Below are positions 1 through 8,365 of a DNA stretch of 22,856 bases, one piece after another. Position numbers and translations under genes: made by a program. This DNA comes from a virus: the IMG/VR virus record IMGVR_UViG_3300031991_000033, one strand, 5' to 3'. The notes under the pieces are model-generated. The model was not told the DNA's origin. It made no database searches and was given only the letters and a program-made list of their open reading frames with translations. Within the stretch, counting starts at the first letter, position 1, and each line of letters starts with the position of its first letter.

Positions 1-742
1 CGTACTGGTGAATGATGCTGAAGGTTTCGCCATTCAAGTTCTTATACAAGCCGTCTTCGAACAAAACCTGCACCCAACCCTCTTTAACAGCCTCACCAGT
101 AAGACAAAAATTGTCTTTTCGTGGATCGGTATAAGAGTAGTCGGGACCACGTTCGAGCCAATTGTATAAGAAGTTGAGAACACCTTGATCAGTACAGGGA
201 CCGATGGATTTAAGCGTGTTCGACCATATTATGAAAAAGTGATACTTTAAGCAAGAACCCTTGCCCATAATTACGCCGCCGTTCAAGACGGGGCGATCTT
301 GGATTGGGTAACGGAACTCACGAACGTCTAATTGCGTTTGTGCTTGATCGTTAAGATTCCACAACGACTGTTTGTGCTCCATTCCCTCACAAACAAGCAT
401 CATCGGCTTCTTATTCCAGTGATCGAACGGGTTGGTCTGAAAGATCACATCCTTCGAGTCGGTGAACAGAAAGAGATGGTAGTCTTCGGCTTTCTTATTC
501 AACCAATCGGTATAGGCAAGGTGACGATCTCTAAGAATGTAACGCACTTGATCGCCGGGATAATCGACAATACTGATACGTTGTTTTCTTAGAGATACCC
601 GAACATCTTCCGGCATATCGCTTGTAAAAACGAAGAAGTCGGCATCTTTCACATTACACAACGATCCAATGTAGGACCGAAAGCCAGCAGAGCGACAGAA
701 ATTCTCGCCGCTTGCCCAAGTCACAACAGCATTCTTAGTCAT
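1..742 (-). CDS. GT-A fold glycosyltransferase-like protein (3' end runs off window)
   Basis: Not in the ORF track. Manual translation from ATG 742 is open to the window edge: MTKNAVVTWASG...FLFTDSKDVIFQTNPF...VLNGGVIMG...TDQGVLN...IIHQY. These motifs resemble PLOD-type GT domains. Overlaps the upstream stop (ATGACTAA). Confidence 0.75.
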   Translation of the reverse strand, partial: MTKNAVVTWASGENFCRSAGFRSYIGSLCNVKDADFFVFTSDMPEDVRVSLRKQRISIVDYPGDQVRYILRDRHLAYTDWLNKKAEDYHLFLFTDSKDVIFQTNPFDHWNKKPMMLVCEGMEHKQSLWNLNDQAQTQLDVREFRYPIQDRPVLNGGVIMGKGSCLKYHFFIIWSNTLKSIGPCTDQGVLNFLYNWLERGPDYSYTDPRKDNFCLTGEAVKEGWVQVLFEDGLYKNLNGETFSIIHQY

Positions 743-1829
743 TACCTGCCTCCGTGCCACGCTGAAGGATCAACTTACCGATATTCATCAGCTTGTTGTG
801 GTCGATTCCAGCCGGAAGTCCGACATTCGTGACATATTCACTTAACATCTCGTCCGACTTGTAAAGAATTGCCTTAGCATCCTCAAAGTCTTGTTTGTCT
901 TCCTTCTTCTTCTCTTTTGCCTTGAACTGCAACTCGGCGACATTCTTCTCTTTCAACTGCTTCCGAATATCGACAAGCTCTTTGCTGCTCGTGTCTTCCA
1001 AAATCACTTTGACAAAGTTTTTATCCAAATCAACCTTATCGATTTGATCTGGGGTAATCATCAAGTGCTTAGGCGAGAAGTCGTTGTCGATATACTCTTT
1101 CTTGAACGTATCCATGTCAAACACAATAATGTGTTTGTCCTGATATGCTTCACCGTAGCTGAGTTCAAGAGGGGAGCCGACGTATTCGACCGAGCCGTCT
1201 GCTGTCAGAACTTGAGGGGCGTGGTAGTGACCAAGAAAGGTTTGTTTCCAATCCGTAAAACGCTCAGGATCAATGAATTCCATAACGTCATCGTGTTCAA
1301 CGATCACGTCTGATGTTGTGGCATAAACTGTGTTGAGTGTGGCACCATGAACCGCAAGATGCCCAAGAAGAAGTTGTAGGTCTTTCGCCGACCGTCCCTC
1401 TTTCAACTTTTCCAGTTGCTTCAAGGGATTTTCAACGTGTGGCAGAAAGTCTACTCTGACACCCTGAATCTCAATCGTTTGTGGATACTCAACGATGTGG
1501 ACATTAGGGATTGCTGAGAGCGGCTTGACTGAATTCACATCCCAACGTTCCTTGTGGTACATATCATGATTACCGACAAGGAGATAAACGTTGATTTCGG
1601 GATGTTCAGCATAGAACTTAAAGAAAGCTTCGAATGCTCGGAGATAATTCAAGATGTCGATCTTGGAGCGTTCGTGGAATAAGTCGCCGAGAAAGAGAAC
1701 GTCTTTGCAACCGTTTGCGACAGCCTCGTGCAACACCCAATCCAAAACTTGTAGACAGTCTTGCAATCTGCTTACATTCTTCTTGTGACTGTGTAAGTGC
1801 AAATCGCTGAAAATGAGAGCTTTGCCCAT
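735..1829 (-). CDS. SbcD/Mre11-family metallophosphoesterase nuclease (T4 gp47-like recombination subunit)
   Basis: Motifs SDLH, LGDLF, GNHD, GHL, GHYH and YVGSP; 364 aa. Confidence 0.9.
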   Translation of the reverse strand: MGKALIFSDLHLHSHKKNVSRLQDCLQVLDWVLHEAVANGCKDVLFLGDLFHERSKIDILNYLRAFEAFFKFYAEHPEINVYLLVGNHDMYHKERWDVNSVKPLSAIPNVHIVEYPQTIEIQGVRVDFLPHVENPLKQLEKLKEGRSAKDLQLLLGHLAVHGATLNTVYATTSDVIVEHDDVMEFIDPERFTDWKQTFLGHYHAPQVLTADGSVEYVGSPLELSYGEAYQDKHIIVFDMDTFKKEYIDNDFSPKHLMITPDQIDKVDLDKNFVKVILEDTSSKELVDIRKQLKEKNVAELQFKAKEKKKEDKQDFEDAKAILYKSDEMLSEYVTNVGLPAGIDHNKLMNIGKLILQRGTEAGND

Positions 1830-1920
1830 TGTGTAAGTCCCTATGTCTTAACCTAGAAAATCGCTGAAAATGAGAGCTTTGCCCATTGTGTAAGTCCCTA
1901 TGTCTTAACCTAGAAAATCG
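1801..1920. repeat. 57-bp perfect tandem duplication (1801-1857, 1858-1914) plus a third AAATCG
   Basis: Direct sequence comparison; covers the RBS and first 9 codons of the nuclease gene. Confidence 0.97.
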
Positions 1921-1933
1921 AAAGTCGAGCCAG

Positions 1934-1962
1934 ATTATAGTTTCCGGTCCGAAATTCTGCAA
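1934..1962 (-). promoter_or_regulatory. Sigma70-like promoter TTGCAG-N17-TATAAT for the nuclease gene
   Basis: Perfect -10 and 17-nt spacer in the intergenic region. Confidence 0.6.
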
Positions 1963-1964
1963 GA

Positions 1965-2474
1965 TTAAGACATGAGACCGCCGCCCATCGGCGGACCGCC
2001 CATTGGCGAAGGAGCACCCGGCATTCCGCCGCCCGGTGGTGGTGGGGCACTCATGGGATCGCCGCCCATCATGTCACCGCCGCCCATAGGAGGCATACCA
2101 CCAGCAGCACCACCGCCCATTCCGCCATCTCCTTGATCAAATGGAGATTGTTGCGGTTGTTTCGGTAACGGCTTTTTATTGATGAGATGGTCGAGGACTT
2201 TCCAAACGTCGGCGTCTTTGATTGAGACGGGAACCTGTCCTGCTCCACCACCGGGAGGACCACCCATCGGCGGACCACCCATACCTCCACCCATCGGATC
2301 ACCACCCATCGGCGGCATCCCGCCGCCCATCCCGCCCATGCCGCCGCCCATCGGGTCGCCCATTGGACCGCCGCCCATAGGTGCAGCCCCAAGAGGACCA
2401 CCAGCACCGGGAGGACCGCCACCCATTCCCATTGGATCGTTTTCATTGAGTAAAAATTCCTTGAACGTTTTCAT
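1965..2474 (-). CDS. Gly/Pro/Met-rich low-complexity protein with capsid-targeting-like N-terminus
   Basis: Starts MKTFKEFLLNE; many GGPPMGG/GGDPMGG repeats. Confidence 0.8.
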   Translation of the reverse strand: MKTFKEFLLNENDPMGMGGGPPGAGGPLGAAPMGGGPMGDPMGGGMGGMGGGMPPMGGDPMGGGMGGPPMGGPPGGGAGQVPVSIKDADVWKVLDHLINKKPLPKQPQQSPFDQGDGGMGGGAAGGMPPMGGGDMMGGDPMSAPPPPGGGMPGAPSPMGGPPMGGGLMS

Positions 2475-3018
2475 CTTTGACTCTCACAATTGCCGGATAA
2501 GAAATGACCATACGTCTTTTGTTTCCGATCACCGGTTTGACTTCATGTATGTATTGATCTGCCGGAAAACAAATCAAATCGGTCTCTTCCAAACTATAAG
2601 GCTCTCCATCTATGTAGAGTTCACCACCACTTTCTGCCTTGGATACCAAAACATTACACCTATAATGCACCCCCAAATCGACCGAGGAATCTTTGTGCAA
2701 CTCAATGCCGCCGCCTTCTTCTAAAATGGTAACCAAAGCAGCACTTCTGGGCGTTAATAGCGTGCCATATCCAGTTTTTTCGATGATTCGCTGTCTGAGT
2801 TCAAAAAAGAAATCGGGGATATTCTGAAGAACTTTGAGACACACATTGCCATGTGGCTCCCACTTTTGATCTTCCTCGTTACCAAAGTTGTAACCGGCAA
2901 TCCAATACTTGTAATTCCAAGGACTGGTACGCTTGTTGGTGTGTTCGTTTTCGAGCCAATCACGTAGGATTTGCTGTTCTGTTACTGTGATAAATGAACG
3001 ATAAACCGTAATTTGCAT
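2443..3018 (-). CDS. 2OG-Fe(II) oxygenase
   Basis: HKD...H triad (IELHKDSS, YIHEVKPV), GGELYID strand and RRMVIS. Start moved to ATG 3018, preceded by GAGG. Confidence 0.85.
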   Translation of the reverse strand: MQITVYRSFITVTEQQILRDWLENEHTNKRTSPWNYKYWIAGYNFGNEEDQKWEPHGNVCLKVLQNIPDFFFELRQRIIEKTGYGTLLTPRSAALVTILEEGGGIELHKDSSVDLGVHYRCNVLVSKAESGGELYIDGEPYSLEETDLICFPADQYIHEVKPVIGNKRRMVISYPAIVRVKDENVQGIFTQ

Positions 3019-3027
3019 GGAGACCTC

Positions 3028-3717
3028 ATGGACGTTGAAATTGACTTCTACTATGAATTGTACAGGGACTATCCCTACGCAGAACAAGTGTCCGAGATAA
3101 AAGAGTACATCAGTCAACACTCGCCCAATGCCAAATCTTTGTTGGATATTGCTTGTGGCACTGGCGATCACTTGAAACTGCTTGAACAAGACTTTGAGTG
3201 TGTTGGGATCGACATTAGCCAAACACAAATTGACCGGTGCCGTTCAAAGTTGAAAAGCGAAGTTTTTCTACAAGATATGACGAATTTCAGTTTCGACCGC
3301 AAATTTGACGTTATTATGGTCTTGTTTGGTGGAATCGCCTTTTGTAAAACGCACGAAAAGTACGCCGAAACAATCAAAAACATTCGAAACCATCTCAATG
3401 AAGGTGGAATCGTTTTGATTGAGCCTTTCCTCTTTTCCGAACAGTTTGAATGTGGTAGCATACGGGACACGACGATTTCTCGATCAATCGAAGGCGAAGA
3501 GATCGAAATAGAAAGCACCATCACAAGAGAGGGCGATCTTTGCGTTCTCAACAAAAATTACACCGTGAAAGGTGTGAAGCATTCGGGTCGGATTGAACTA
3601 TTGCTGATGACTGTGGATCAGTACAAAAAACCGTTTGCTGAAAATGGTTTTCGGTCCAAAATCATCCCTTTTGTGCATGGACATTACCGACATCTCTATG
3701 TCTTGACACTCGATTGA
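3028..3717 (+). CDS. Class I SAM-dependent methyltransferase, TylM1/DesVI N-methyltransferase-like
   Basis: SLLDIACGTGDHL, GIDIS, QDMTNFSFDRKFD and GGIVLIEP; GGAG RBS before ATG 3028. Confidence 0.85.
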   Translation: MDVEIDFYYELYRDYPYAEQVSEIKEYISQHSPNAKSLLDIACGTGDHLKLLEQDFECVGIDISQTQIDRCRSKLKSEVFLQDMTNFSFDRKFDVIMVLFGGIAFCKTHEKYAETIKNIRNHLNEGGIVLIEPFLFSEQFECGSIRDTTISRSIEGEEIEIESTITREGDLCVLNKNYTVKGVKHSGRIELLLMTVDQYKKPFAENGFRSKIIPFVHGHYRHLYVLTLD

Positions 3718-3730
3718 TTTGAAGTAAAGT
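3703..3730 (+). promoter_or_regulatory. Possible promoter TTGACA-N16-TAAAGT for the peptide/rSAM pair
   Basis: Perfect -35, imperfect -10. Confidence 0.4.
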
Positions 3731-3756
3731 ACACCTTCCAAAACTAGGAGAAAAAC

Positions 3757-4002
3757 ATGCCAACCGGACAAGTCAATCCAAACGATGACGACTATAAAGA
3801 TGACGAAGTGCCAGACAGCACTGAAAATGAAGTCACCAAAGGTGACGAACCCACCGACCCACAAGAACCCGTCCTCGACGTAGACGCCGAAGATGACGGC
3901 ATTGAGGTTGTTGTTGAACCCAACGAAGAGGAAGAAGGAAAACAACACACTGGTTTCAAAATCGTCGATGCCGGTGGTTGCCCTCCCTTTAACGTTGCTT
4001 AA
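3757..4002 (+). CDS. Highly acidic 81-aa peptide, candidate RiPP precursor
   Basis: AGGAG RBS; D/E-rich body with C-terminal GFKIVDAGGCPPFNVA; ends 9 nt before the rSAM start. Confidence 0.7.
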   Translation: MPTGQVNPNDDDYKDDEVPDSTENEVTKGDEPTDPQEPVLDVDAEDDGIEVVVEPNEEEEGKQHTGFKIVDAGGCPPFNVA

Positions 4003-4011
4003 GGAAAACCA

Positions 4012-5472
4012 ATGCGTTTATCTAGTTACAACAACCTCGTTGAACACGAGGATGGTACGCTCCTCTGTAACCTAGTTACAGGTACGTTGATCGTTCTTCA
4101 ACCCAAAGCACTTCAAGAATATCGCCGCCTTGAAAACGGCGATTTCTCAAACACAAAGTTTGCAACCAAACTTGGTGGTATGGGATTTGTGGTTAATGAA
4201 GAAGACGAACGTGTCTCGATGCGTAAGAGATACGAAGAGATTGTTGAAGACTGCCGTACCAAACACTTCTCAATTGTTCTCACTGATCAGTGCAACCTTG
4301 GTTGCCACTACTGTTACGAAGATAAACAGCAGTGGATTAAGATGTCGCCAGAAACCACGCAAGAAGTACAAGACTTCTGCGAGAAGTTTTTGGATGCAAC
4401 TCCAACAACCTACCTTGGTGTGAGTTGGTATGGTGGTGAACCCACCATGAACCTTCCAGCCTTAACACAACTGTCGAAGTTCTTTAAGAAATACTGTGAC
4501 GAACATGGCATCCGTTTCCATCAACAGATGACAACGAATGGCACAAATTTCACAGACCAGATCGCTGATCTGGTCGCCACCGAACTCGGCATTCAAGATA
4601 TGCAGATCACGGTGGATGGTTTCAAAGAAGACCACGACAAAAGCCGTCCATTCTTGACATCCATGAGTGTTGACGAGATGTCGGATGTTCAGGTCGAACA
4701 ACGTAAGAAGCTTGACCCAACATTCTCGTTGCCTATTCTTGGTCAAGCACCACCTAAGCCCAAGCAGCGTTCGTCTTATGATGTCATCATGAAGGCGATT
4801 CCAAAACTTGTAGAGCGTGGCGTCTTTGTCAAAGTTCGCATGAACGTCAACATGGAAACCATCAAACGAGTTGATGCATTGCTTGAAGAATTCTACGAGA
4901 AAGGACTCTTCAGTCAGAATGAGAAAGGTGGTTTGGTTCACGTTTATGCCGCCCCGATTTTTGATGGTGGTTGTGGTAGCAACAACGAATGCTACTCACG
5001 CATGAGGATGCAGGACTTTGCCAAGGAAGTTTCACGTATCCGAGATTGGTATTTGGAGAAAAAGATCACACACTATGGTCATCAAAACAACCTCAAGTTT
5101 ACTGGCGAAACATGTACAGCCAATAAACGTTGGGAGTGGGTGATCAATCCAGATGGCACCTTAGCCAAATGCTGGCACCATGCCGCCGACCCAACTAAGT
5201 CTGTCGGACATGTGTCAGATATTGATCTGTTCTTTGATTATCGAACACTTGCTGGCGGCAACAAGTTTCATGCATTCAATCCGTTCACAAACGCTGAGTG
5301 TTATGATTGCCCCGTCTTGCCTATGTGCATGGGCGGCTGTAAAGCCAACAACAAGATCGAAACCGATGAGGATTTCGCTGACGGTTGTGCGACCACAAGA
5401 TTTACGTTGAAAGAAGAGATCACAATTCTCTATGAGTCTTCAAGAAGGCTGAAGAAATCTCAAGACTCTTAG
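4012..5472 (+). CDS. Radical SAM/SPASM-domain protein (peptide maturase-like)
   Basis: CNLGCHYC, WYGGEP and TTNG motifs; SPASM cysteines (TCTA...DGTLAKC...CYDCPVLPMCMGGC...C); about 80-aa N-terminal extension. Confidence 0.93.
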   Translation: MRLSSYNNLVEHEDGTLLCNLVTGTLIVLQPKALQEYRRLENGDFSNTKFATKLGGMGFVVNEEDERVSMRKRYEEIVEDCRTKHFSIVLTDQCNLGCHYCYEDKQQWIKMSPETTQEVQDFCEKFLDATPTTYLGVSWYGGEPTMNLPALTQLSKFFKKYCDEHGIRFHQQMTTNGTNFTDQIADLVATELGIQDMQITVDGFKEDHDKSRPFLTSMSVDEMSDVQVEQRKKLDPTFSLPILGQAPPKPKQRSSYDVIMKAIPKLVERGVFVKVRMNVNMETIKRVDALLEEFYEKGLFSQNEKGGLVHVYAAPIFDGGCGSNNECYSRMRMQDFAKEVSRIRDWYLEKKITHYGHQNNLKFTGETCTANKRWEWVINPDGTLAKCWHHAADPTKSVGHVSDIDLFFDYRTLAGGNKFHAFNPFTNAECYDCPVLPMCMGGCKANNKIETDEDFADGCATTRFTLKEEITILYESSRRLKKSQDS

Positions 5473-6763
5473 TGCGTCTCGTTTCTTTGTGAAAAAACTC
5501 GGAAGCTGCCGATCTTCTTATTGAAATCGGCAGCTTTCTTTTTTCGTCAGATGTAAGAATCCAACTCAAAACCCGTACAAGTTCTGTCTTCTGCTCATCT
5601 GACATTTCTTCATCCATAAGATAGATGAACTCAATGCTCTGGTCTTCGGCTTGGTGAATCCTATAACTCATCCGTTCATTTCCGAACGGATTCTTATTCA
5701 GTTCGAGTTTATTGACAAACCTTCCGCCTCGAAGGAAACAAGCTAAGAATTCAGAAATGAATCGACCGGAAACGGCTCGATTGTCAACATAAATCGCCTC
5801 GACCTGTTTGCCAAAGAACTTGGTGAAATAGTTCCCATATAAGCCGCACGAACACATACCTTTTTCAATCAAACCATTATCGTTGTTGTAATAGCGAATG
5901 AACGGCATAGCTTCATTATTTAGGTCTGTCGAGACTAGACGACCGTCAACTTCTTCCAAATAGCAAAACTCATCATAGATGTGTTTGCGACCATGACAGC
6001 ATTCAAACCAAGACATACCGCCGTCCCAACAGATCATTTTGTCAATTGCTTTTGTAAACATTTTGTTGGCGATTTCACGCACTCTCTCTGAGAGGGTTTC
6101 CTCACTCAATATAACAGGGCAGTTGAATTTCAAGTTCGGTGCGGCTTGATGCACCACTTCAAGGATGGACGGCGAACATCGTACAAATTTTGGATTCAGG
6201 GCGAGTGCTCTTTCAAGGTTCAAATCCCAGATGTATTGGCTGAATCTTTTTTCGACGTTGTAAAAGAAGTGATATGTCTCGTTGTGCCCGCCAACGGGTA
6301 GGTATTGACTCGGACCGAATATGGAGCAAAACCGGTCGTTTGTAATTGGATGATCGCCATACAAGTGGTGTACACCATTACTCACAAAAGGTTCTGATGA
6401 GTGACTAAAGTACAATACCTTGCCCGGCTCGGTCATTCCATGTGATTGTTCGATCTTCCAAATATGGTGATCTTCCATAATTGGTTGTTGCGGCAGCGAA
6501 TAGCAATACTTCCTGTCTTCTAATCGCAAGCTTGTCGTACCAGAAGTGAATAGCTCCAAGTATTGGCTTGGCTCTAAATCCCTTAACTTTGGTATGTGAT
6601 TCAACCGTTTTCCAAGCTCGGAATTGTGGATTTTCAGGATTCGAGTCAAACGCAATTCTTGATAACGGTTCAGGTCGGACTCATTGCGAAACAAGGTTAT
6701 CGACCGGTTTTTTAGCCAGTTTTCCCATGATGCAAACAAGTCTAATCCAAAATCAAAAAGCAT
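5420..6763 (-). CDS. Phenylacetate-CoA ligase/CapK-like adenylate-forming enzyme
   Basis: TSGTT P-loop, SEETL, STDLNNEAMPFIRY. Overlaps the rSAM 3' end convergently by 53 nt. Confidence 0.8.
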   Translation of the reverse strand: MLFDFGLDLFASWENWLKNRSITLFRNESDLNRYQELRLTRILKIHNSELGKRLNHIPKLRDLEPSQYLELFTSGTTSLRLEDRKYCYSLPQQPIMEDHHIWKIEQSHGMTEPGKVLYFSHSSEPFVSNGVHHLYGDHPITNDRFCSIFGPSQYLPVGGHNETYHFFYNVEKRFSQYIWDLNLERALALNPKFVRCSPSILEVVHQAAPNLKFNCPVILSEETLSERVREIANKMFTKAIDKMICWDGGMSWFECCHGRKHIYDEFCYLEEVDGRLVSTDLNNEAMPFIRYYNNDNGLIEKGMCSCGLYGNYFTKFFGKQVEAIYVDNRAVSGRFISEFLACFLRGGRFVNKLELNKNPFGNERMSYRIHQAEDQSIEFIYLMDEEMSDEQKTELVRVLSWILTSDEKRKLPISIRRSAASEFFHKETRRTKSLEISSAFLKTHREL

Positions 6764-6768
6764 ACCGT

Positions 6769-6774
6769 TATATA
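6769..6774. promoter_or_regulatory. Palindromic TATATA centred between two divergent start codons
   Basis: Exactly 5 nt from each start codon (6763 minus, 6780 plus); no room for a typical RBS. Confidence 0.45.
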
Positions 6775-6779
6775 CCTAC

Positions 6780-7388
6780 ATGCAGAACTACATTGAATAT
6801 GATCGACTGGTGAAATATCGTGAAAAAGACCTAATCGACAAACCGATTGTCATCTATGTCCACCGTATTAAAGAGGACATTGTTGCTTCTTTTCACAAAA
6901 GTATTTCCGAAGCACACACCACCGGGCAACCGGTGATCCCGATTGTTATTGACTCATTTGGGGGTTGTGCCTACGCCCTTCAGTCTTTGATCAGTGGTAT
7001 CAAGAACTCCAAACTTCCCGTTGCAACTATTGTAGAAGGCAAGGCGATGTCTTCTGGGGCGATTCTGTTTTCTTGTGGTACACCCGGTTACCGATATATG
7101 GGACCAGAGTCCACTCTGATGATACACGATGTATCCAGCACAGCGAACGGTAAAAGCGGAGAAGTAGAAGCTGATGCGATGGAGACGAAGAGAATCAACG
7201 AAACAATCCACAAAATGATGGCAAGAAGCTGTGGTCAACCAGAAGGTTACTTTCTCGACATGATCCATGAACGTGGTCACTCGGACTTATATCTGACTGC
7301 CAAAGAATGTCTGGCTCACCGTATCACAGATCATATACACATCCCAACACTAAGAACTTCGGTACAAGTAACGCATGAATTTCGTTGA
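6780..7388 (+). CDS. clpP: ClpP-like protease subunit
   Basis: IDSFGG, GKAMSSG (catalytic Ser), LMIHD (His) and DLYLTA (Asp). Confidence 0.88.
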   Translation: MQNYIEYDRLVKYREKDLIDKPIVIYVHRIKEDIVASFHKSISEAHTTGQPVIPIVIDSFGGCAYALQSLISGIKNSKLPVATIVEGKAMSSGAILFSCGTPGYRYMGPESTLMIHDVSSTANGKSGEVEADAMETKRINETIHKMMARSCGQPEGYFLDMIHERGHSDLYLTAKECLAHRITDHIHIPTLRTSVQVTHEFR

Positions 7389-7941
7389 ACGTAACAGATA
7401 TGGAAAAACCGAGTTACACAGGCATCCGGTGATTTTTGCTCACGCCAAACAGGAATTGAAGTCGCCGAAGCACATTGTTTCTTTTGGTTGTTCGACCGGC
7501 GAAGAGTGCATTACATTGGCGGAATTGTTCCCAGAAGCCTCTATCTTGGGGATTGAGATCAATGATGCACGAAGGATGTTAGCATTACCACACGAACGAG
7601 TAACCTACGCAAAGGAACTCGTTGCTGGTTCTTATGACGCAATTTTCTGTATGTCAGTGCTGTGTAGGCATCCAGAAACGGATATCCTCAATGATTGCTC
7701 GCAGTTTTACAAGTTTTCAGACTTTGAGTCCGAAACTTCGTTTTTGGCTTCTCTGCTTGTAGAAGGCGGATTGTTGGTGCTTTTCAACACGACCTTCTTT
7801 TTTGAGGACACCGAAACGTACAAACTGTTTGTTGGTATTGACATTCCGGCAGCAACAGGCGAATATGTCAGGAAGTTCGGGACGGATAATCGCCTCACAA
7901 ATCGTAGCAGTAAAAAATATCTGTTCCGAAAACGAGGTTGA
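7375..7941 (+). CDS. SAM-dependent methyltransferase-like protein
   Basis: SFGCSTGEE (CheR-like motif I), GIEI, YDAIFCMSVL and GGLLV. Confidence 0.7.
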   Translation: MNFVERNRYGKTELHRHPVIFAHAKQELKSPKHIVSFGCSTGEECITLAELFPEASILGIEINDARRMLALPHERVTYAKELVAGSYDAIFCMSVLCRHPETDILNDCSQFYKFSDFESETSFLASLLVEGGLLVLFNTTFFFEDTETYKLFVGIDIPAATGEYVRKFGTDNRLTNRSSKKYLFRKRG

Positions 7942-7965
7942 CAAAACGGACCAATTTCGTAGAAT
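7938..7965 (+). promoter_or_regulatory. Promoter TTGACA-N16-TAGAAT for cspA
   Basis: Near-consensus sigma70 elements. Confidence 0.7.
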
Positions 7966-8019
7966 GCGTGCTCACTGGTTTTTTCCCGACAGGGAATCGC
8001 AAAAGAGAAGAGAAACACA

Positions 8020-8220
8020 ATGGCTGAAGGACAGATCAAGAAACTGACAGACAAGGGGTTTGGATTTATCAAAACTGGAAACGGTGATGATCTGTTCTTC
8101 CACATGTCTAACCTGAACGATGTTCATTTCGACGACCTACAGGAAGGTGACACTGTTACCTACACGGTAGGCAAAGGTCCAAAGGGACCACGGGCTGAAA
8201 ACGTCACTCCCAAAAAATAA
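8020..8220 (+). CDS. cspA: Cold-shock protein (CspA family)
   Basis: RNP1 KGFGFI, RNP2 LFFH and GPKGPRAENV. Confidence 0.95.
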   Translation: MAEGQIKKLTDKGFGFIKTGNGDDLFFHMSNLNDVHFDDLQEGDTVTYTVGKGPKGPRAENVTPKK

Positions 8221-8232
8221 TCCCAAAAGGGA

Positions 8233-8261
8233 TTGAAAAATTGACGTGAAGATACTACTAT
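8233..8261 (+). promoter_or_regulatory. Promoter TTGAAA-N17-TACTAT for the leader transcript
   Basis: Sigma70-like elements; the -10 lies between inverted repeats gtgaagata (8246-8254) and tatcttcac (8261-8269). Confidence 0.6.
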
Positions 8262-8287
8262 ATCTTCACAAGCAAAGGATCAAAATC

Positions 8288-8365
8288 ATGCGACAAGTTT
8301 TGTTTAGTTCATCGTTCTCCTTGTATAGCCTCCTTCTAGGTGGTTGCGGGAACGTTCTGGACTAA
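8288..8365 (+). CDS. Attenuator leader peptide MRQVLFSSSFSLYSLLLGGCGNVLD (25 aa)
   Basis: AAGGA RBS 8 nt upstream; followed by an intrinsic terminator; alternative RNA pairings present. Confidence 0.8.
   Translation: MRQVLFSSSFSLYSLLLGGCGNVLD

Noticed and set aside
1801-1920. Possible CRISPR array
   Set aside because: Two abutting identical units with no spacers.
2069-2724. Alternative-frame ORFs 2069-2446 (-) and 2179-2724 (+)
   Set aside because: Shadows of the GC-rich repeat gene and the oxygenase.
3019-3228. N-terminal extension of the oxygenase in the ORF track
   Set aside because: It is antisense to the methyltransferase; ATG 3018 has its own RBS.
3790-3807. DYKDDE resembles a FLAG tag
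   Set aside because: Incomplete match inside a naturally acidic peptide, with no vector context.
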